In this document: positions 48,190-61,281 of the stretch, one piece after another | Layout: each line of letters begins with the position of its first letter | How positions within the stretch are numbered: the first letter of the stretch is position 1 | Origin: Octopus bimaculoides | Lineage: Eukaryota | Reading direction: 5' to 3' | Length of the DNA stretch: 64,000 bases | Assembly (NCBI RefSeq): GCF_001194135.2 | Contig: NC_069001.1 | Coordinates: 16,021,939 to 16,085,938 of the forward strand | Notes under the pieces: generated by a model | What the model was told of the DNA's origin: nothing | Databases searched by the model: none | Seen by the model: only the letters and a program-made list of their open reading frames with translations | Program-made: the position numbers and the translations under genes

Positions 48190-50495
48190 ATTTATTTAAT
48201 TTTTTTTTACTGAGCCCACGTTCAAGAGGTACTCTTTTGCACTACACACATCTCTAGTTTATCATTTTTATGATAAGAAAAAAAATCCTACGCTCATGAA
48301 CGAAGAAGTTGAGGAGGATTATTCCCTGGAAGGCACTATGGTCTAGAAAAATTTTTTGGTGGTAGTGGTGGGTAGGGTGGTTGATTTAAGTTTTACACAG
48401 TTTTGTTAAAAGTTAAGATATGACATCAATATATAAAAATTGTTGCCAATGTGTAATAATTTTTCTTTCAGTTAAAAAAAAGATGTAGACATCTTTTCAA
48501 TGTGATGTTTTTTTTTTAATGTTTAAACTCTTCAGTTTGTACATCTTTCAAAGATGGAGGAATATACAAAAACTGCAATAGATAAAAAAAACGGGTATCA
48601 TTTGTTTTTTTGTTTTTTTTACTTCACCCTTCCTCTCAAGTTGTAGAATTTATTTAATTTAAATATTTCTTCATAAATATTTAAAGCAAAAAAAGGGGAA
48701 AAAAAAAAATTAAAAATTTGATTTTTAAATTAATTTATTGAATAAAAATTTCCTCATTTTAATAATGTAGAATAGAGATGAATTTAATAGTACACATTAT
48801 TATCAATATTTTAGATAAATTTTTTTTCTCTCCAATAAATAGATCTGTTGGTAAACAAGAAGGATTTTATTTCCACAAACAAAAGAAAGAAAGAAAAAAA
48901 CAAGTGACATATTTTATTGAAGACACAGCCAGATTTTTCGAATTATGTGTAAGAATGTCTTTTCTTTCATTTTGAAAAAATATATATGAAAAACATACTG
49001 TACAGTAACCTCACCTCTAAATCAACCAGATTTAGTGAGGAGAATAAATGTTTTTCTTTTTATATAAACATTACTTTTTATTTGAGACAAGAGAAAGAAA
49101 GAAAAGAACCTTCATTGGTTTAATGTTTATTAAATAGTATACCTGAAACTCACCCCTCTTCTTAATACCAACAGTTTTAAGAAAGAAAGAAAAAAAAAAT
49201 TCTTTGAAAGTGGAAATGGTCTTTTTCTTAATGGTCTTGAAAACAAGAAAACATCAATTCTACAATTGTTAATTGTAGAATATATAAAACATTTCCCTCC
49301 AAAATCAATTTAATAATGTACACTATCAAATGAAGCAGATTTTTGTCAGTTTAGTAATTTGCGAGCAATTTCCTGCTGATATAAGTCTTGCACTAGGATA
49401 CAGAGAAGTGTTTGAAGTTAATTGAATAAATCTTTTACAAGTACTTGAGCACAATACCTATTGGTAATAGCACTTGGGTTTGTTTGTTCATGTGTGTGAA
49501 GGCTTCCAACCGTGAATTTGTGCATGTAACTTAAGATTTATTTTGATTAAGCACAAGACTAGTTTTTAGGACAGGAGTCAAATAATGAATAGACTCCCTG
49601 TATGTATATATTATATATGTAAAAGTACTTTATAAACCCCATCCCCTAGAAGAGTGGGGTGGAAAGGTAAACATTACCTTGGTTAAATTTGATTTCTTAA
49701 TAATGAAAGTAATTTTAATTCACCTTGGATGCTGTAGTTTTATGTGTGGGACAGAGATCCAGTTCTTTTCATTTATTGGTTTAAAAAAAAATCTTTTTAA
49801 ACTAAATCAATCTATGAAAATAAAAACAGCATAATTAGCAGTTTTAATGTTTATTTGAAAAAAAAAAATTTATTGTAAAAAAAAACCAGCAACAAAAGTG
49901 ATTAAAAAAAAACTGTCAGTTTTAAAAGAGAAAAAAAGCAAAACCAGTAATCTGCCTTTCCTAGTTTACATAGTTTGGCTGTTAAAGAAGACTCTGGAAC
50001 ATGGCTATTAAAGAATAGTCAGAACTTTCTAGAACATGCATTCANNNNNNNNNNNNNNNNNNNNNNNNNNNNNNNNNNNNNNNNNNNNNNNNNNNNNNNN
50101 NNNNNNNNNNNNNNNNNNNNNNNNNNNNNNNNNNNNNNNNNNNNNNNNNNNNNNNNNNNNNNNNNNNNNNNNNNNNNNNNNNNNNNNNNNNNNNNNNNNN
50201 NNNNNNNNNNNNNNNNNNNNNNNNNNNNNNNNNNNNNNNNNNNNNNNNNNNNNNNNNNNNNNNNNNNNNNNNNNNNNNNNNAAATTGTAGAAAAGAAGGC
50301 GGTGGGTAAATTACAATTAAACTTTAATAAATAATCATAGATCTAAATTATTCTAATGGATAAACCATATTTATTACATACTCGTTTAGGGTTAAAAAAT
50401 TTTTTTTTTTTTTTTGCTGTTGGTGACTTTCATCAAGTCCAAGGGACAGATTTAAAGACTTTAAGAGACTTGTAAAGTAACCCAAGATATAGGTC
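48190..50495 (-). other. Probable long 3' UTR of the FHL-like gene
   Basis: ~2.3 kb AT/homopolymer-rich tract with no recognisable SINE directly after the stop; AATAAA on - at 48191-48196; the end point is inferred. Confidence 0.4.
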
Positions 50496-50644
50496 TTAGT
50501 TGCGTCCACATGGAGGGCACACAATGTCTCCCTCATTCATAAGGAAACCCTTGCCAACCATAGATGTTTTGCACTTGTTGCAGTTGAAGCAGTCGCTGTG
50601 CCAGTGACGGTCTTCAAAAGAGATGAACTTGGTGCCACCAAAGC
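50496..50644 (-). CDS. FHL2: FHL/Limpet-type LIM protein terminal exon (GFGGTKFISFEDRHWHSDCFNCNKCKTSMVGKGFLMNEGDIVCPPCGRN*)
   Basis: tttcag acceptor, phase matches, TAA at 50498-50496; GGTKFISFEDRHWH hallmark of the last FHL LIM domain; missed by the ORF track. Confidence 0.93.
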
Positions 50645-51094
50645 CTGAAAAAAGACAAAAAACGAAGCTTATTAAAAATAAGTTCTTGACTTTAAATCCA
50701 GTTAGAGTTTGTTCTTACTCTTCATCCTTCTAGGGAGTTGATAAAATAGATATCAATCAAATACTAGAGTTTGTCTAATCAACATTATGTGCCTGGTTGA
50801 CCCCATGATATTTCTAGTTAACTTTTATACCTTCTACTTGTTTCAGTCATTAGACTTGTTAGAAAAATCTTCATATGAAAGGCTCACCTTTTGGATGGTA
50901 AAGCAGAGTAGGGGACAACAAAATAAATACCAGTAAAGTACTGGCAAGAGGGATCAGTTTCATCAACTATACTTTCTTCCCCTAAAATATGTGAGTCTGT
51001 ATCTAACCTATAAATCATCACTGTGATAAGAATGTGTGTGTGTGTGTATATACGTGTATATGTGTGTGTGTGTGTGTGTGTGTATGTGTGTGTG

Positions 51095-51127
<33 letters not shown>

Positions 51128-53147
51128 ACACACACATCTTTGTGGAAACATCAAGGCATGCTGGCAAAACACTGCTCCTCTAAATGAGAACCTTACTTGT
51201 CATTGTGGTTTTGTGTCATGGAGCAAAACAGACCTTACTGTCTACTCAAGAAAACATGTGGTGAATGATACACAAGCACTCAAGAAAACTGAGTCCTCAA
51301 CTTATTCTCTTTGCGAGGTACCAGCAGGCCTCAAGAGACACGTACATGTCCATAGAACATGATTACTGCTTTATTTTACTGAACCCTCATTTGTTGTTCA
51401 CAATGAGAGAATCCATCATCATCATCATATATATATATGTATGTATGTATATATATCTCATGCAGGCGTGGCTGTGTGGTAAGAAGCTTGCTTTCCAACC
51501 ACATGGTTCTGGGTCAGTCCCATTGCATGACACCTTGGGCAAGTGCCTTTTACTATAGCTTCAGGCCAACCAAAGCCTCGTGAGTGGATTTGGTAGATGG
51601 AAACTGAAAGAAGCCAGTCGTGTGTGTATATATATATATATGTGTGTATTTGTGTATTTGTGTTTGTCCCCCCTCTATCGCTTGACAACCGATGTTGGTG
51701 TGTTTATGTCCCCTGTAACTTAGCGGCTTGACAAAAGAGACTGGCAGAAAAGTACTGGGCTTACAAAGAATAAGTCCTGGGGTTGATTTGTTTGATTAAA
51801 GATTATTGAGAGATATATATAACTAGTAGAAGCTGTATATTGTGATTACTTCTTTTTTTTTATAATTGGCTAATATAAATTTTATATCTATGTATTTTTT
51901 ACTTGTTTTAGTCATTGGACTGTGGCCATGCTGAGGCACCATTTTGAAGGGTTCAGTTGAACAAATTGTTCCCAGTACATTTTTTAAAAAGCCTTGTACT
52001 TATTCTATTGGTCTCTTATGCTGAACTGCTAAGTTACAGAGACGTAAACAAACCAACATCTATTGTCAAGTGGTCATGGAGGACAAACAATGACACACAC
52101 ACATATTATATACATTTATATATCATCATCATTTAATGTCCATTTACCATGATGGCATGGGTTGGATGGTTTGACCAAAGCCAGTAAGGTCAGGGGGCCA
52201 CACCAGGCTCCAGTGTCTGTTCTGGCATGGTTTCTATGGCTGGGTGTCCTTCCTAATGCCAACCATTCCATAGAGTGTACTGGGTGCTTTTAACATGGAA
52301 CATACATGCCAACCTTCTTTAAGTTTCTGTCTACCAAATTTACCCACAAGGCTTTGGTCAGCCCAGGGTTATAGTAGAAGACACTTACTCAAGGTACTGT
52401 GCAGTGGGACTGAACCCAAGGCCACATGGTTGGGAAGCAAGCTTCTTAACTATATATGTATTTGTATCAACCACATAATCACAAGCACACTGGCCATTTT
52501 TGCACTCTCCTGCTTTCAAAATCTACTTCCTCTATCTCTTTCCACTTCCAATCAGTTATTTTTCAGCCATGTGCTTTTCTTGGGCAGTTACGTTCCTTTT
52601 CTCTGGACATTTTCTTCTTTCTGACAAAGAGCCATGCTTGAAGTATCACATGCCCTCTTTTTACTATCTTAAACTTTTTTCTGAGTGTCAGTCTAATACA
52701 TTTACTGTGTATGTCCTTTTGACTTTTGTCATTTTTCTGTATTTTATTTTTGATTTGTCTGTGTAATAAGACTGAACTGGAGGAGATACATGGAATGAAG
52801 AGTCACTGAAAAGGTCACAGGGTGTACAACAAAAGATTTAAGACAAAGGACAGTAAAATAAGGACAATAATAATTCTGTAGTGAAGAATGAGTGTGTAAT
52901 GCATGTGTTTATTTGGCAAAAAAGCAAAAAAAAAAACCTGAAATGTGACAATATCTGTTTCAACACACGATTTCACATAAGGAATCTTGCAAAACAAATA
53001 CGTAAACGTAACATTTAATCTTCCTTTGTTGTTTATCCCAAATATTCAGTGCAACTCTATTAATTTCTGTCGTCATATAATTAACTGAGACATAGACCAA
53101 GCAATACAGCTTTATAAAAATTCTAAGAAAATATTCTGGAAACTCAC

Positions 53148-53334
53148 CCATAATAGCCTTTGAGCAAATGCAGCACTTCTTAGCAAACAAGTCACCATAG
53201 CAATCAGCACAATACGGCTTTTCCTCACGTGATGTGAATTTCTCTCCGGCTAGATTTTTGTTGCATTTTGAGCAAGTGAAGCATTCGCGATGCCATGGGA
53301 TGTCCTTGTATGCAACACCACCTTTGGTTAGCAC
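53148..53334 (-). CDS. FHL2: FHL/Limpet-type LIM protein exon (VLTKGGVAYKDIPWHRECFTCSKCNKNLAGEKFTSREEKPYCADCYGDLFAKKCCICSKAIM)
   Basis: atgcag acceptor and gtgagt donor; 187 nt; WHRECFTC, FTSREEKPYC and LFAKKC motifs typical of FHL/Limpet. Confidence 0.93.
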
Positions 53335-53419
53335 CTGCATAGATGGGAAAAATAAAAAGAACAGCAGATATTTATCTTAAATACATTTTCTTTATGCGTT
53401 AATTCATTTTTTATATGAA

Positions 53420-53700
53420 GGGACATGGCCTAGTGTTTAGGATGTTGCACTCTTGATTGCAAGATTGTGGTTTCGATTCTCAGACTGGTGATGCATTGTG
53501 TTTTTGGGTAAAACATTATTTCACATTGCTCCAGTTCATTCAGTTGTAGATAGGTGATCCTGTGATTAAGTGACATTCCACTCATGGGGAATGTTGGCCT
53601 GCTCACCTAGCCAATGGGGTGGCATCATTTGAAAGCTACAGCAATGCGAGGAAGTGCATTGTGACCAGTGGTGTATAGCTATAGTCTGATATAGTCAGCT
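53420..53700 (+). mobile_element. SINE family C (also 3020-3160, 53915-54210, 56355-56600)
   Basis: tRNA-like head ggcctagtg.ttag...gtttcgattc and shared gtgttcttgagcaaaacact core. Confidence 0.7.
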
Positions 53701-55502
53701 TGATATAGTGATATACACATATAATCAGTTAGTTGTCCATAAGTCAGAAAAAAAGCACACTCTAAAACAGAAATAGTGGTTTTGTGTGTGTGTGTGTGTG
53801 TGTGTATCGTCATCATTTAGCATCCGTTTTCTATGCTAGCATGGGTTAGACAGTTTGACTGGAACTGGTAAGCTGGAGGGCTGTACCAGGTATATACATG
53901 TGCGTGTGTGTGTGAGGGTGCATGGCTTAGTGGTTAGAGTGTTGCACTCACAGTCACAAGATCGTGGCTTCAATTCCTAGACTGGGTGGTGTGTTGAGTT
54001 CTTGAGCAAAATACTTAATCTCACATTACTTTGTGGTCACTTCAACACCTGACATGTAGTACACCATGCATCTGTTCAGGCACCATTGATTTGATGGAAG
54101 GAATGAGCTAACGTACAACACATACATTTGAGCACTACAAAGAAATCATTTGTGCAGGTTGTTTGGTAAAAGCTGAACGCTCATACATCGTCTTTGACAG
54201 GAGTGTCCATCATATATATTGTTGACCAGTATATCCCTGGTTATGGCATATAACTGGTCAGAATATTACTGACAGTTTCCTGCTAGCTATTGCACTTGGC
54301 TGTATTGATGACTCTTCAGACATGCTGTCTGGAAGCACATTGCCTCTTTTATACTGATTTATACAGTGATGAAGAGCTATCAATATTATCAAGAACAATA
54401 GTCAACACACAACCATCAGCAATATTCTGACCACTTATATGTCATAATCATGGATATACTGCTCAACATCCATTTCAGTGAATGGGCCTTGAATAAGGTG
54501 TGTAGACTAATCACCAGCTGAAAGTAACTGGATGCAAATGCAATCATTAGATGTCTATGCACCAGAAATGTGCATTGTGCAAATTTAAATCAAATACACT
54601 GTAATTCACTGTAGAAATAATATAAAAAAATTATGCAGATGTAATCTTCATATTCATTGACACTATTGGATATACACTTGGTTAAATATTCATAATCCAG
54701 AGAAGCAAACCCAGGATTTACCCATCAGATAAATTACAGTGGGGTTGCTTACCTCAAGTAACTCTAGGGCTCATTTCAATTTGATGCAGTTAACCTTAAC
54801 CTGGATTATAACTAAGTGCTTGAATGGTACCTGTCTGGATATTGAATCCTTATTTATTCAGTATATATATATATATATATATATATATATNNNNNNNNNN
54901 NNNNNNNNNNNNNNNNNNNNNNNNNNNNNNNNNNNNNNNNNNNNNNNNNNNNNNNNNNNNNNNNNNNNNNNNNNNNNNNNNNNNNNNNNNNNNNNNNNNN
55001 NNNNNNNNNNNNNNNNNNNNNNNNNNNNNNNNNNNNNNNNNNNNNNNNNNNNNNNNNNNNNNNNNNNNNNNNNNNNNNNNNNNNNNNNNNNNNNNNNNNN
55101 NNNNNNNNNNNNNNNNNNNNNNNNNNNNNNNNNNNNNNNNNNNNNNNNNNNNNNNNNNNNNNNNNNNNNNNNNNNNNNNNNNNNNNNNNNNNNNNNNNNN
55201 NNNNNNNNNNNNNNNNNNNNNNNNNNNNNNNNNNNNNNNNNNNNNNNACACTGTTGTTACCATATTTCTGTTGAAGTAGTCCATCTTTTATTCAATTAAT
55301 TTTGAAAATAATGAATTTAGTGAAATAAGTATAACATAATACAAAGTAAATATCATAAGATATTATTATTATCTTTATCTTATATTTACTTTGCATTATA
55401 TTATACTTATTTATCGTGCATTTATTTATTAATTTTTTTATATGTGACTGTGGATTTTCATGAATAAGTTCATGAACTTTGGTTCTTTTCTCTAAAATTA
55501 TA

Positions 55503-55537
<35 letters not shown>

Positions 55538-56947
55538 CACACATACAAGGAATAGGTTAAATTGGGGCTATAATAGAAGGTACTTGCCCAATGTGCTGTG
55601 CAGTAGGACTGAACCTGAAACCACATTGTTCCAAAGCAAGCTTCTTAAATACACAGCCATACTTCCTGGTTACTCATGCTCATCTGTCCCACTACACAAG
55701 TTCACCTCGTCTCATACATTTAAAGTGTTTATTTCCCTGTCAATCTACTTAAAGTCTTACTCACTGCTGCTTCTACTTGAGACCACCACCACCATCACCA
55801 TTATTAACTTAGTTCTGACCCTATATACAGAACTATAACCAAAGCACTATCCTAATGACGCTGTTTAGCTGTTGAAGAGTCAGTCTTACATGTCTTTGAA
55901 CCACCTCTTGTATTAATAAAATACTAGGCTGGTTACTCAATAGAACCAATGGCTTAATTAATTCTCAACTTTACATTCTTTTTCATGTTTTTTCTTGTTA
56001 AAACCAAATCTTCAAATAAATTGGTTCACTCTCAGTCATCTTAAAAAATATTATATTCATGCATATGTATGTTTGCATGTATATATTTGCAGACATGTGT
56101 ATGTGTGGACATATGTGAAAATCTAAGAATCCTGATAACGGCATAAGAAATTTCAGTTTTAAAAAAATGCAATGGAATTTGAATGAAAATGTGAAAAATG
56201 ATAAAAAGACCTTGTTTAAAAAGATAAAACCAGATTACATGTAACTATTGAATGCGAGCTTGAAAGAATAACTGTCCTCTGTATAACAAATGTACAGAAT
56301 TATACATACAAATAGGCATATATGTATAAATGTGTGTGTGTGTGTGTGTGTGTGTGTTGCATTCACAATTGTAAGGTTGTAGTTTCAATTCTCAGACTGG
56401 GCATTGTGTTGTGTTCTTGAGCAAAACACTTCATTTCACATTGCTCTGCTATCATTTCATCATCTGACATGTGGCACATTATGCACCTGTACAGATAATA
56501 TTGATTTGTTGGAGAGAGTGAGCTTATAACAAACATTTGATCACTATAAACAAATCATCTGTGTGGTTGTTCAGCAAGAAATTGTAGAACCCTTATATGC
56601 CATCTAATGTTGGATGATTTCATGATTATATATTAAAGACTAAAGTGTACGTATGCCGCTATATATATATATATATNNNNNNNNNNNNNNNNNNNNNNNN
56701 NNNNNNNNNNNNNNNNNNNNNNNNNNNNNNNNNNNNNNNNNNNNNNNNNNNNNNNNNNNNNNNNNNNNNNNNNNNNNNNNNNNNNNNNNNNNNNNNNNNN
56801 NNNNNNNNNNNNNNNNNNNNNNNNNNNNNNNNNNNNNNNNNNNNNNNNNNNNNNNNNNNNNNNNNNNNNNNNNNNNNNNNNNNNNNNNNNNNNNNNNNNN
56901 NNNNNNNNNNNNNNNNNNNNNNNNNNNNNNNNNNNNNNNNNNNNNNN

Positions 56948-57112
56948 AGCATTAGATTCCTTGGAAGAAAGCAGTGAATGTATACGAAAGCAAGGACGGG
57001 AAAAAAACAGAGAATGTTACATCCTGTTATTTGTATTTGTGTAACATTCTCCATTTTTTTCCATCCTTGTTTTCGTATACATTCGCTGGTTTCTTCTAAG
57101 GAATCTAATGCT
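56948..57112. repeat. Inverted repeat with ~73-bp arms and 18-nt loop, abutting a gap
   Basis: Arms 56948-57021 and 57040-57112 differ by 7 substitutions and 1 indel. Confidence 0.9.
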
Positions 57113-57407
57113 CTTAGCTTAGTTTTTCCTTGGGGCTGGCCAGATTGGAGCAATCTCGAGTATAACCAGCCAAAATTGCAAAGATAATCTGGAACTTGAC
57201 TGAGGAAAGAAAACTTCGAATGACCTGTCCTTGTTTTCTTTGTATCGTCTATCTGGATGTTTTGTTGTCTCTTTTTTGTATCACTTAACTGTCTGGATAT
57301 TTTGCGTTCTTGTCCCATTTTGTATTTTATAAATATATATACCAACATGACTGCAGCTGCATGGCTGAAACATGTAAAAGAGTATAGATGTGTGTGTGTG
57401 TGTGTGT

Positions 57408-57785
57408 GGAGGCACAATGTCTCGGTGGTTAGGGCAGTGGACTTGTGGTTGTAGGATCGCGGTTTTGATTCCCAGACCGAGTGTTGTGAGTGTTTATTGA
57501 GCGAAAACACCAAAAGCTCCACAAGGCTCCGGCAGGGGGTGGTGGCGAACCCTGCTGTACTCTTTCATCACTACTTTCTCTCACTATGTCTTCCTGTTTC
57601 TGTTGTACCTGTATTTCAAAGGGTCAGCCTTGTCACCCTCTGTGTCGCGTTGAATCTCCTCAAGAACTACATTAAGGGTACATGTGTCTGTGGAGTGCTC
57701 AGCCATTTCTATGTTAATTTCATGAGCAGGCTGTTCCATTGATCAGATCAACTGGAACCCTTGTCGCTGTAACCGATGGAGTGTA
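57408..57785 (+). mobile_element. SINE family D
   Basis: tRNA-like head; near-identical inverse copy at 61282-61667. Confidence 0.8.
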
Positions 57786-58136
57786 TATATTATGTGTATA
57801 TGCATATATACATGTATGTGTATATATATATATATATAGATAGATGTATATATATGCCCATATATATAAATATGCATATATGTGTGTACATATGTGCGTA
57901 TATGTGTGTGTATATGTAAGTATATATATATATATATTAATTTTCATCGTATCTAAGATACATCTGAAGAAATTCTAAAATAACTTATATATTTTTTGAA
58001 AAAACAGAAAAAAACCCCAAATAATTTTAGCCTGTCATTGTTGGATCAATAATGAATCTGTTGAACCAATAGCAGAACTCTTGGACTAATAACAGAACTG
58101 TGTGACCAATAATGGAAGTGTCAGATCAATACTTAC

Positions 58137-58306
58137 ACCGTTGCATTTAGCACATTTCTGAGCATACTTATTTTCGAAACAGGGGATACAGACAACTTCA
58201 TCACCACGAGGAATGAAGCTCTTGTTTTTAATGGCCTCTTTGCAGACATTGCACAAGAAACATTCTTCATGCCATTGAGTATTTTTGTATTCAAATTTCT
58301 TCATTC
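58137..58306 (-). CDS. FHL2: FHL/Limpet-type LIM protein, internal exon (GMKKFEYKNTQWHEECFLCNVCKEAIKNKSFIPRGDEVVCIPCFENKYAQKCAKCNG)
   Basis: tttgtag acceptor and gtaagt donor on - strand; 170 nt; LIM zinc ligands HxxC-xxCxxC...CxxC; the symbol is family-level (FHL2-like/Limpet). Confidence 0.9.
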
Positions 58307-58399
58307 CTACAAAATTTAAATAAATAAATATATCAATTAACAGAAAGAAAATAGAAAAAAAAAAAAAAACGAAGACAAAACAGAAAAACAAAAAATAGG

Positions 58400-58808
58400 C
58401 GCAGGAGTGGCTGTGTGGTAAGTATCTTGCTTACCAACCACATGGTTCTGGGTTCAGTCCCACTGCATGGCATCTAGGGCAAGTGTCTTCTACTATAGTC
58501 TTGGGCCGACCAAAGCCTTGTGAGTGGATTTGGTGGACGGAAACTGAAAGAAGCCCGTCGTATATATATATATGTGTGTATATATATATATATATGTGTG
58601 TGTGTCTGTGTTTGTCCCCCTAGCATTGCTTGACAGCTGATGCTGGTGTGTTTAATGTCCCCGTCACTTAGCGGTTTGGCAAAAGAGACCGATAGAATAA
58701 GTACTAGGCTTACAAAGAATAAGTCCCGGGGTCGATTTGCTCGACTCTAAAGGCGGTGCTTCAGTATGGCTGCAGTCAAATGACTGAAACAAGTAAAAGA
58801 GTAAAGAG
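58400..58808 (+). mobile_element. tRNA-derived SINE family A, full-length copy
   Basis: Head gtggctgtgtggtaag with B-box-like gggttcagtccc, central (TA)/(TG) tract, tail ...ctgaaacaagtaaaagag; more than 20 copies in the window. Confidence 0.85.
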
Positions 58809-60733
58809 AAGCTTCTAGAAAGGAAATCAAAACTCCTTTACAACCTTAAAAATATATTCCATTTTATCATTATTTTAATTTTAGTTGTTGGCTAAAAATT
58901 AAGGGTGCCATTTTCAGAGTGACATTTTTTCTGCTTCTAGACCAGGGTCCATTTAAGATTTTGGGTGTCCATGCTAACAAAATAGTAAATTGGGGATGCA
59001 CAGTATTTTAAGGGTCCATGGAAAATTTTTGATTTTGCTGTCTTTATTGCAAGAAACAGGTTCCTTTCTCTATGTTAGTTAATGTGTGAAAAACAAAATT
59101 GGAATTTAAAAGAAGCATCTATAAAGCTAGTTTTTAGACATTGGATGGTTATGGTGATCCACTAGAATAGAATAGTAACGAAAGAGATCCATAGGTAAAA
59201 AAAAAATGGTTGAGAGAAAGGATCTAACTTGGTATCTTTGATAACAGAAACCATGGTAAGTGCAACTAAGTCATTCATGGTTGTGAATGATGGTATTAGT
59301 TTTACTATTTCTGTTTGTATGTATCTTTTATCTTTTACTTGCTTCAGTCATTAAACTGTGGCCAGGATGCAGCACCACCTCGAAGAATTTTTAGTCAAAT
59401 GAATTTACCCCAGTACGTATTTTTTTCTTAAACCTAGTACTTGTTCTATTGACCCCGCTAAGTTATGGGGATGTAAACACATCAAAACCAGTTCTCAAGC
59501 GGTGGGGGGGGGGGNNNNNNNNNNNNNNNNNNNNNNNNNNNNNNNNNNNNNNNNNNNNNNNNNNNNNNNNNNNNNNNNNNNNNNNNNNNNNNNNNNNNNN
59601 NNNNNNNNNNNNNNNNNNNNNNNNNNNNNNNNNNNNNNNNNNNNNNNNNNNNNNNNNNNNNNNNNNNNNNNNNNNNNNNNNNNNNNNNNNNNNNNNNNNN
59701 NNNNNNNNNNNNNNNNNNNNNNNNNNNNNNNNNNNNNNNNNNNNNNNNNNNNNNNNNNNNNNNNNNNNNNNNNNNNNNNNNNNNNNNNNNNNNNNNNNNN
59801 NNNNNNNNNNNNNNNNNNNNNNNNNNNNNNNNNNNNNNNNNNNNNNNNNNNNNNNNNNNNNNNNNNNNNNNNNNNNNNNNNNNNNNNNNNNNNNNNNNNN
59901 NNNNNNNNNNNNNNNNNNNNNNNNNNNNNNNNNNNNNNNNNNNNNNNNNNNNNNNNNNNNNNNNNNNNNNNNNNNNNNNNNNNNNNNNNNNNNNNNNNNN
60001 NNNNNNNNNNNNNNNNNNNNNNNNNNNNNNNNNNNNNNNNNNNNNNNNNNNNNNNNNNNNNNNNNNNNNNNNNNNNNNNNNNNNNNNNNNNNNNNNNNNN
60101 NNNNNNNNNNNNNNNNNNNNNNNNNNNNNNNNNNNNNNNNNNNNNNNNNNNNNNNNNNNNNNNNNNNNNNNNNNNNNNNNNNNNNNNNNNNNNNNNNNNN
60201 NNNNNNNNNNNNNNNNNNNNNNNNNNNNNNNNNNNNNNNNNNNNNNNNNNNNNNNNNNNNNNNNNNNNNNNNNNNNNNNNNNNNNNNNNNNNNNNNNNNN
60301 NNNNNNNNNNNNNNNNNNNNNNNNNNNNNNNNNNNNNNNNNNNNNNNNNNNNNNNNNNNNNNNNNNNNNNNNNNNNNNNNNNNNNNNNNNNNNNNNNNNN
60401 NNNNNNNNNAATAAAGCTTTATTTTTTTTAGATTATTATTATTTTCGATATTATTATTATTATTATTGCTGTTGTTATTGAGGGTGGCAAGCTGGCAGAA
60501 TCATTACCATGCTGAGAAACTTGGGGGAGGAGGCAAGTTGATAACATCGACCCCAGTGGCACTAATTTCATCGACCCCGCAAAAGGATAAAAGACAAAGT
60601 CGACCTCAGCAGAATTTGAACTCAGACCAGAAGGACAAACAAAATGTCGCTAAGCACCTTGCCCAGTGTGCTAACAATTCTGCCAGCTTGCTGCCTTAAT
60701 AGTAGTAATAATAATAATAATAATAATAATAAT

Positions 60734-61050
60734 ATACGTAAGAAAGATGAAAAGAAATTACAAGACAATCCCTTAAAATTTGAAATTGCAAGAATTTGGA
60801 ATATGAAAATTGTAATGGTTGTGCCTATAATAAGTAGTACATTGGGAACTGTAAGCAAAGATATAGACAAATGGCGGAAGGAGATTGGAATAGAATGCCT
60901 TGTAGAGCTTCTACAGAAAGTTTGCCTCTTACGGAAAGGAAAGAATATCAAGAGAGTCATAGGCACTTGGAGGGACCAATGAAAGATAGTGGATACCTAA
61001 GGTTACCGGTAGTAACCTGCTACCCACATAAATTCTACAAGGAATAAGAA
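60734..61050 (+). mobile_element. R4/Dong-type LINE 3' fragment next to (TAA)n
   Basis: EIARIWNM...VVPII..LGTV...ELLQKVCLL RLE C-terminal motif. Confidence 0.7.
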
Positions 61051-61281
61051 TGAACCCGAGACAAATCAATGATAATATATGTATAGTGTTTTAGTAGTAA
61101 ACATTCACTTAAAGTGCTGCATAGCAGGGTTGAACCAGAAACCATGTGGTTAGAAAGCAAGCTTCTTAACCACACAGCCATACCTACACTGTATAGATTA
61201 TAGAGAGAATAAGGCATGACATGTGAAGGATACAAAAATCATAAACAGAATGTCTTAATCTTTTATTTTAATTCCATTCAT

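Noticed and set aside
52960-53147. ORF extension EFPEYFLRIF... after the LIM exon, and ORF 50348-50536
   Set aside because: Intron read-through past a consensus GTGAGT donor, and an alternate frame over the real exon
58400-58470. tRNA-like A/B boxes in SINE heads
   Set aside because: No cloverleaf; these are SINE promoters, not tRNA genes
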